Below are positions 54,195 to 64,000 of a stretch of 64,000 bases of DNA, piece by piece (the stretch's first letter is position 1; every line of letters starts with the position of its first letter). A program made the position numbers and the translations under genes. Under the pieces are notes generated by a model, which worked only from the letters and a program-made list of their open reading frames with translations, ran no database searches and was not told the DNA's origin. This DNA is from Chiloscyllium plagiosum. Taxonomy: Eukaryota. The stretch covers positions 5,667,299 to 5,731,298 of the forward strand of contig NC_057751.1 in the NCBI RefSeq assembly GCF_004010195.1. The letters are read 5' to 3'.

Positions 54195-54790
54195 GTCTTC
54201 ATTGGTCAGAACATTGAGTATAAAATGTGAGACCTTATGTTGGGGCTGTACAGGACATTGGTGAGGCCACTTTTAGAATACAGCTTATAATTCTGATCGC
54301 CCTTCAAAAGGAAGGACATTGTTAAATTTGAGAGTGTGCAGAAAAGATTGACAAGGATGTTGCCAGATCCGAAGGATTTGCTATTTTTTTTTCACTGGAG
54401 TGTCAGAGGTTGAGGGGTGACCTTACAGAAGTTGATAACATCATGTGGCGTGGATCGGGTGAATAGCCGTGGTATTTTTCCTCGGGTTGGGGAGTCCAAA
54501 ACTCGAGGGCATAGTTTTAAGCTGAGCACGAAGATTTCAAAAGGATCTGAGCAGTACCTATTTCATGCAAAGGGTGGTGTATGTTTGGAACTAGTTGCCA
54601 GAAAAAGGGGTGGAGGTGTGTATAACTACAACATTTGAAAGGCAACTGGATGAGTACGTAAATAGGAAAGTTTTGGAGGAGTATAAGCCAAATACTGGCA
54701 AATAGGGCTTGATTGGATTGGGATTTCTGATCTGCACAGATGAATTGGACCAAAGGGTATGATTCCATGCTGTATGACTGTATGCCTCAA
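54195..54790 (+). mobile_element. CR1 3' fragment
   Basis: Decayed RT C-terminus and tail. Confidence 0.8.
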
Positions 54791-55439
54791 TGACTGAACT
54801 CTGAAGTATCTTTGTGGCATGGAAATGGCTACACAGCAGTCGGTCGGATCGCAAAAGTGATAATTGATTCACATTGTCAAATATATATCTCTTCAAAATC
54901 CTGTGCAGTCTGGTGAAGAACTAACTCTGCCAGTCAACAACAGCTTGCATTCTCCTACAAAAGCAAAAGACCATCTGAGGTGTTTCACCAAAGAAGAAGA
55001 TAACAATGGTAAACAATCATGGTAAGCTATGGGAGATGACTGAATGAATTGTGAAAAAGGAAAGTTATTAAGATTCACATAAATGTTGGGAGAAGATAGA
55101 GACAGAGGCACCTCACAAGAGAGGACAGGGGATTATGTAGATCTTTACTGCATGGAAATTAACCCCAGCCTTGTGTCTGTGGTGTAAAGAAATGGCCACT
55201 CCTGGTGTCAATCTTTCAGCTCTGATATCAAAGCCTTTACTAGTGTAAGGACTTATTAAGGATTTAGACATAATTAATTCGAATTTAACTTCTAATTTAC
55301 TCAATGTTTAAAGAACCGTCTTCACTTATGTTTTGCAGGCAAGATTGTATGACAGATCAGCATAGAGACTTGAAGAGGCCTGACACAATAATACAGGTGA
55401 GTGTTTGATTAACTGAGAGGAAGATCAACAAATCCCTTG

Positions 55440-56297
55440 TGTGTCTGTTTGGAATGAGCTGTCAGAGGGAGTGGTGGAGGCTGGTACAATGACAACATTT
55501 AAAAGGCATCTGGATGGGTCATAGAATCCCTACAGTGTGGGAACAGGTCCTTCAGCCCAACAAGGGGTGGCACAGTGGCTCAGTGGTTAGCACTTCTGCC
55601 TCACAGCGCCAGCGATCTGGGTTTGATTCCTGGGTGACCTGAATTCTTGGGTGACTGTCTTTGTGGAGTTTGCACATTGTCCCTGTGTCTGTATGGGTTT
55701 ACTCCCATCATCCAATGATGTACAGGTTAGGTGAATTGGCCATGCTAAATTGCCCACAGTGTTCAGGAATACATAGGTTAGGTACATTAGTTAGGGGAAT
55801 GGGTCTGGGTGGGTTATTGTTGAGGGGGTCAGTGTGGACTTGTTGGGCCAAAAGCCTGTTTCCACACTGGAGGGATTCTATGACATTAAGATATCTAAGT
55901 CTACACCGAACCTCCAAAGGGTAACCCACCTAGACCCATTTACCCTTGACTAATGCACCTAACCTACATTTAGCCAACCTAAATTTATCACAGCCAATTC
56001 ACCTAACCTGCACATCTGTGGACTGTGGGAGGAAACCCACCAGACACTGGGAGAATTTGCAAACTCCACACAGACGGTCGCCCAATCGATTGGAATCGAA
56101 CCGGGGTCCCTGGTGCTGTGAGACAGCAATGCTAACTGCTGCGCCACCGTACCGCCCCTGTATATGAACAGGAAGGGTTCAGAGGAGTATGGGCCAAGTG
56201 CTGGCAAATTGGACTCGATTAGGTTAGGATATCTGGTTGGCATGGACAAATTAGACCGAATGGTCTGTTTCAGTGCTGTACATCTTTACGACTCTAA
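55440..56297 (+). mobile_element. CR1 3' tail containing two nested SINEs (minus 55519-56158; plus 55564-55885)
   Basis: CR1 ...CATCTGGATGGG resumes as TATATGAACAGG at ~56160. The minus-strand SINE is split by a plus-strand SINE. Confidence 0.85.
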
Positions 56298-59200
56298 ATC
56301 TCCAAACTTGACCGCACAATGCTTGTGTCCCAAAGTGGATGGATGAACTGGTCAGTTTCTGAGTGGATCTGAGCAGTAATCCCTCGTTTTTTTTCATTCA
56401 TGAATGATGTACCTGGATCCGCTCACTTGCCCTCGAACTGGCTCCATCAAATGAATTACAGGCACCTGCAAAGGGACGGTTCTTTTAAGTTCCTGGTCTC
56501 AACGACCTTGAGTTGACTAGATTTGTTGAGATCAGGGAAGCTGTGTTTCTTTTTGCATGCATTTTCCGTCCAGCACCGGACAAGAATGGAAAGATTCTCC
56601 AGGAACTGATAATCAATCATACAAAGCAGTGAGCATTCACTTTTTCCAACTCGTTAAGGTTGCCGTTGACACTGTCTTCATTTCCTGTTAATTGTCCAAT
56701 ACTGTGTTGTTGGTTACTTCCAGTTGCCCGCTCCCTGAAACATAGAACCAGTGTGGACTCTGAATTCCACACCACCACGCACACCTTTGAACAATTCACC
56801 CCCGTCCTGTGAAACAGGATGCAATGTGTTGATGGCTTCAGAATGCAAGGTGTTCCGTCTCCTTCAACCGACCGTTCATCCAAACCCATGACACCTCGCA
56901 GTGAATGTAGCCAAACCCATCCAGTTTTCAGATTCCGTCGGTCTCCGGAGAAGCAGAGCAGGTTCGTTTTTTTTAAAAAAATACACTGTCCAGGAGAGTG
57001 AACCACAGCAATCACAGAACATCGACTTGAACTCAGGTTTGAAAGGTAATCCGAACTCAGTCGGAACTGTTTTGTCATGCAAATTGAAAGACGTAAATTT
57101 GTGCAGGAATATATGCGCCGGGAAGTTTTTTTTATTTGCAGTGTAGCGGTGTAACTTTATTTACGTCCCGCGTTGCTGCGGATTTGCCTGCGCTGGGAAA
57201 GTCAGGAAGGGGATGACTTGAGCCAGAGTTGGACCGAGGCTTCAGGCTCGTCCCGTTCACAATGACAAACGGCTAGCTCGGTGACTGCAGTCACAATGGA
57301 GTTGGCAGTAGGGAATTCACGCGTCGTTCCCTTATTTAATCTCTGTTAAATTGCATGTGAACAACTAAGAAGCTCGAGAGATCCATTATATTTCTGTTTC
57401 TCCAATTCTCAATCCTTGCCTTTTTAGAAATACTGACGTGGCGAGGAGCCATCTGCGTACATCTGACATTTGTAACCGGGAATAAAGTAGGCAACGGGAG
57501 GAAAATGTGCTGGAAATTTGATTTTTAACAAGCTGCAAAACTCTCAGTATCTGCGCTGAAAAGGAGAATTGACTCTGAAATTCTGCTCTTACAACACCAG
57601 TCGCTTATTGCAGTATGCGACCCTTCGTTTTCTCTGGGTGCATTTCTCTCGAATGAAAGTTGGGGACGGGGTGGGGGAGGGGACATAATGCCCACACTGT
57701 GATTTTTGACAGTCAGGTGGGATGAAGCAGCTGCAACTCAAAGTAGCATGCTTGTTTGATTCCCCCCCCCCGCCCCCCTTTCATTCATGTTTGTCCGGTT
57801 GTTTTGAGTTCGCAGCCTCACACCATGATGGGACTCCTGTTCCCCTCTGGAAAAGGTGCGCTGCGAACTTTGTACCGCCAGGGTGTCCCGAGTGCGGTCA
57901 ATCTGGAAATGATGATGCTGTCACGGTTTGTTATTAGCGGCGCTGGGGCAACGTTGCCTGTCCTTTCTGTCATTGAGCCACCCGTCAGCGCGTGGAAACC
58001 TGACCGGCGTTGTTCAGTATTCGTCCGAAAATTGAGTTTCCCCTTTACTGTCCCTCCCTCGTTTGATATTTACCGGTAAATTCAACTAGCCTGTTGGTTC
58101 ATGGTTTTGGGAGGGGGACGAGGGGTGTTGGAAGCAGGCCAACTCTAAATAAATATTCATCGGCAAATTATCGGACTTCGTGTTGAATTAGGGTAACAAG
58201 AACTTGCTTTTCAGTAGTAAAAAGTACGAAGGCGGTTTATATAAAAAAAACTTGGCAGCAAGATAAAGGAATTAACCGACAGGGCACCGTCATACACATG
58301 TGGAACCGTGACGAGGCGCTTCCATACGTTTGTAAAATGTACGGTGCTCGCTGTTTTTGGAAAAGATGTCCAGGAGAGAGAGTGCAGATTTGATCAAAAC
58401 AGACCGGTGTAATCCTATGCCCCCACTTGTCCTAAGAGATTGAGGGAATTGACTGTCGCGGTCACTCGGTACCGGCGAATTTTCCAGCTACACACTCAAC
58501 TTGAACTTGGCGCACACAAACACTGCGACTTGGCTCAAACTGCTTGCGCGTCCCGTTACCCTTCCGATGTACATCGCCAGAATAGGTACGCCTGCCTTCA
58601 TTCCAATCGGGCTTGGTACAACCATTCTGGAGCTGACGTTTTGGAGCATGCCATGTATCCGGTTCAATATTTGAGTGCAGTTCTCCATGCAAACAAAAAA
58701 TAAACTGTGTCTGAATTTCAAACGAAATGATTCTCTCTTAAAAATATATTTAAACATCTCGTCTCTCATATGTTACTGGGGACTCCGACAATTGAATATC
58801 AAACTCTCCATTCCTGCTGTCTTTCTCGGACCATAGTTTGGAAGGAATTGTTACCTCTCTGCTTCTTCGCAGACGTTAAGCGATTTCAATAATTCAAGCG
58901 AACTAATAATTTCAGACAGAGGATTTATGTTGGTGTTGGTCGTGGGGTGTGAGAAACGGGAGAGGGAGAGGTTGATTTGAGCAGAATACGTATTTATTAC
59001 AGTTCATTTGTTGAATAATCCTACTATGCCTTTTTGTGGTGTATTCACAGATTTTTTCTTAAATTAAAAGTCTAAGCTCTAAATGGAAACAATTTCGAGC
59101 AGTAAATCTCTCAGAACCGTGATGTACTTATCAATCAGTCAGCGGAAATCTCATAAAGTGATCCCACCGTAAAGTGGACCTGCCATCCATTTATTTTAGC

Positions 59201-61054
59201 GTTTGAAAAAGAGTTAAAAATACACGGCAGCAAAAAAAGTTAGTGTTGGCGTCTTCTGACACGATATGGGTGCAGCCGAAATTGTCGTTTTAACTTAAAA
59301 AGTGTTTCTCAATACTTGATTTATTTTAGCCTCAAATCAGATTGAGGTGGTTATCCACCAGCCCGAAGGAAATTTGAACTTGTCTCCCGTTTCCTCCTTT
59401 TGAGAGGAGTCCTGCCAGCCCAGGGAAGATACACATGCCCCTCTTTGATTCAGACCTGTCCTCACAGAGCTCCCTGCATCATTCCACTGTCTCGCCCTCC
59501 CTATCTGCAGACGCGGCAAGAACAAGCAAACCAGCGACCTTCAAACAAAACTGGCCCGATTTGACCATCCCAAAACCTTCTTTGAAAAAAATTCATGGAG
59601 GTGGCGGTGCCGGGGCGAGCGGGGAGATGCTGGAATGCAGCGACGACACTCTTGACTGATCTCGAAGCCCAACACTTTCAATTAATATTTACATGGACAC
59701 CAATCTCTCTGCCAGTTCGTTTTCCATTGGGCACAAGTCATAGAAACAAATCTTAATTTGGTACTGCCTGTTCAATATCAACAAACCGAAAACCACTCGA
59801 ACCTTGGCGCAAATCCTTCCGTTACTGATCAGTTGTGCATTGACCCATGAACCGCCCAATCTCATGGGGCGAGGAAACGGCATTTGCTGCTCTTCCGCGT
59901 CTCTCTTGGTTTAATAAAAGGGGAATCCTTTCATCAACAGGCATACTCGTGATATAGAGCTCAGGTAAACTCGTATAAACAGCACAACCAAAGTGTAAAC
60001 TTTCCAAAAGCAAGACGATCCCGATTAAAGGAAAGTGTACAAACGTAACTTAAGGAAAGTTAAAAAATTTTAACTTAGTACACCCCAGTCCAACACCGGC
60101 ATCTCCAAATCGTAACTTAAAGAAAAGACTCCGTTTCATTTTCGTACTGTCCTATTTATAGGGAAACAATCGAACACTACAAGATTATTCATATTTTAAA
60201 ATATATTCCAAACTATCAATACTGAAAGAACCCCCCCCCCAAAAAAAAAAGATCATTTCCACTGACGCTTTCTCAAGGCAAAAAAATACATTTTGGTTGA
60301 TGGCCTGGACCAAAGGCGCCAACCACCTAAGAGTGATATACTTGTGGCTGTTGTGGTTATGCGGAGGGACATGAACTGAAACCGGCAAGTTGGCCATTTC
60401 CTAAATGATCATTTCAGAATCTGCCCTCCCAGATGGAAAACCTGATCAGGGTGGGAGAGGAGGTGGCGGGCATAGATGGTGGGTGGGAGAAGAGAGTGGG
60501 AACTGTCCTCGCCTTTGCGAGAATTTGTGAAGGATTTCTCGCAGGCAAATATGCCACCCAGCAAGAAACAGCCCCCTCCACTCACCCTCAGTCTGCTTTA
60601 ACTCATTAACGCTTATATCGAGTTCTATTTGCCAAATTCGAAAAGAAGCTACGTAAAAATATATTTTGAACGTTCTGTTTGAAGCATCTGCGAATTTAAA
60701 AGTTGTGCAGAATTTATATTTCTGGGGAAAAAAGAGATTTTTAACCACTCATTCTCATTTCCTCACCATATTTGGGTAATTCAAAGATTACTTCTGCACG
60801 AGCCGGAGTGCACACGGATTGATTGTAAATAACCTTGTTCAGTGGTATATGTCGAGAAGTGCTAAGCGTGCTTTCGCTCTAGAGATAAATTTTGCAGCGA
60901 GCCGCTGAAACTTTTGGTCGAAATAAACTGAAGGGGAGACAGCGACTATCATAACTTTTGTGTGTTGGAGTCGGCATTCCCCCTCCACCACCCGCCCCAC
61001 ACTCCTTCCCAAATTGTTCGCCTTCAAGCGACGGTGTACAATATCAAGTCCATT

Positions 61055-61591
<537 letters not shown>

Positions 61592-62580
61592 CTAACCAAA
61601 CCGAAAAGTATAACAGTTTAATTGTTAGCTGGCAAGTATTGGATGACGAGAAGATGGAATGCAAGTTTGCGGTTCTTTTTACATATTATATATATATAAA
61701 ACAAACTGGTAGCATCAAATAGGGTCCATCTGAGAAACCAAACTTGTTTTTTCTCTATAATGTAGGCAGCGGGATTCCGATTGACGGTTTGCTGCCGAGT
61801 ATATTTATAGTCTAACTTGTGACACAAGAACTCAAAACACACTCTATAAAAACGAGTGAGTGTTCCAACACAAACACAAGCAATAACATTTAATAAAGCC
61901 TGGAGGATCCCATATGTCTCGTTAACCCTTTTCCTCGACCTTCAATAATTTGTGCACATACTCGCTCAGATTTCTCTCGTCCTGCAAACTCTGTGGGTGA
62001 ATGTGCAATAGTACTTGTGTATGCGCCCAAAGATACATGCAAGCCCGCATATTCAGCATGTCCTGAATATACCCCGGGCTGATTGTGCCCGAGCAGTTCC
62101 ATCTTTCCGATTTTCGGAACCATTTTATGTCCTTTCGCCGACTGAACGGGTTTGTTCAACTAGTGGAAGAAAACTAGAGGTGAACCTGATATCGGGTTCG
62201 ATACAAATCTGCAATTCAAGGCGTCCAGACATTCCCACCCCTGAATGCCTCTGAGTGAGATAAATACACACTTCGCGGGAATGAGATCTGAGTACTAGAG
62301 TCCGAGCTACCCTGAACTATCCTGTCTTAACTGACTGTATTTTACAACACTGGTCCCTGAAATGGTAGTTGCCGTTACTACCTGGCTGCTCACTTGTGTT
62401 GGAAATTCCTGCCAAAACTTTTATTCGAGTAAAGTTTCCTTGTTTTGAAAACAATTTTATCCATTCAAGATACGAAGCTTAAAAAAAGCATCTCGCTGTT
62501 AAGTAAGGAGATTTAAAATCTTAAATTCGAATCAGCTTCGCATTTGCGCCGGTACTTTTCATTTGGGGGTCGAAAAATTA

Positions 62581-62946
<366 letters not shown>

Positions 62947-64000
62947 TTATCACTGACTGGGACATATCTTTCACATTCTTCCAACCTCTTCAAGGCCTAC
63001 AATTTTACCTCGTCACTGATATTTGACTTTTTGGAAAAAATATCATTGTCTACAAGGTTGGAAACTCGCTTCTATATTTTTTCCCTCGATATTTGCAGAC
63101 AGCTCGTTTATTAAGTATTAAACACTGTATAAGACGTGCAATTTATGACTCAGATTACAACCTTCGTTTCGACAAATACATTTAAAGGACGTCGCCATTG
63201 CTGCACAGATTTTCGATATTGGCACCAATGATTTGCTCACCTTTGGTGGCAAACGGTAACATGGATCAGCACACAAAAGAAATAAATGTTTAATAAACTT
63301 CGGCCGGTCTTCTGGCGTATATTTTCTTAAAAGGTTAAAAACAACACAGAAACACTTTTTTTGTTGATAATCACAGAATAATCGGCACTGGTGGCGTTTC
63401 CGAGGCCGCTTCCCGAGAATATTTCGATTTGGAAAACGTGTAAAGTTTTACATTTCCCCTCTCTCTTTTATTTATATTTGCAAATCTTGCAATGAACCCA
63501 GAGTATGGTCTGCTCGGTTTCTGAAAAATAACCCCCGTACCTTCTCAACATCGAGTAATCCATAGCAAGGGACACTGAGTAAAACCAAGAGTAAAATATT
63601 GCTTTTTTAAACGCGTGGTTTTTCAAAAGTGGTATCTTGTTGATGAAAGCCGTTTCATGTTTGGTAATTTGGAAGGGGTAATTTGACATGATCAGTCTAA
63701 CTTATTAATTCAAATATTTATATTTATGTTAAGACTGCTGCAATGTATAAACTCCGGTCCGTCTTTTCAAATTACCTGAATATGAGAAGTGTTACTGTTC
63801 ACAGACGGGCTACTGCGTCTAATAGTGTCTGCCTTCGCTTCTTGCACACTGAAAATTCTCCCTGATTTTGTCACCTGGACGCTTTGGAAGGGCGAGCACG
63901 AGTGTGTGTTACTTTAACTCGAAAGTTATTGAGGTTAATCATTGTATCGGAAGTATTGCAACGTTCGCGTGGCGGCATTGTCAGGTTGTATCGCCATGAG

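Noticed and set aside
56617..60748. Short ORFs downstream of Pitx
   Set aside because: No recognisable domains or exon structure.

Overview
Eukaryotic genomic DNA, by inference from a cartilaginous fish (shark-type tRNA-derived SINEs with CR1 tails, Deu-domain SINEs, abundant CR1 and Penelope elements). Two host genes are visible, both on the minus strand. The first is the first coding exon of AAK1 ([10 protein letters not shown]..., 18113-18314), with a CpG-island promoter and a following intron that runs off the left edge. The second is the homeobox exon and last exon of a Pitx-family K50 homeobox gene (62635-62843 and 61055-61591); its 5' exons are off the right edge. The Pitx protein is Pitx3-like but has atypical residues and lies next to AAK1 rather than ELOVL3/GBF1, so it may be the fourth vertebrate Pitx ohnolog. 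The intergenic and intronic DNA is mostly decayed and nested retroelements. Notable among them are short palindromic Penelope-derived units that carry hammerhead-ribozyme-like cores and are flanked by 10-15 bp direct repeats. Also present are a ~2.3 kb 23-bp minisatellite beside AAK1 exon 1, a candidate CTCF site, and one assembly gap (32339-32889). All family assignments are by eye and from recalled sequences; no database searches were run.
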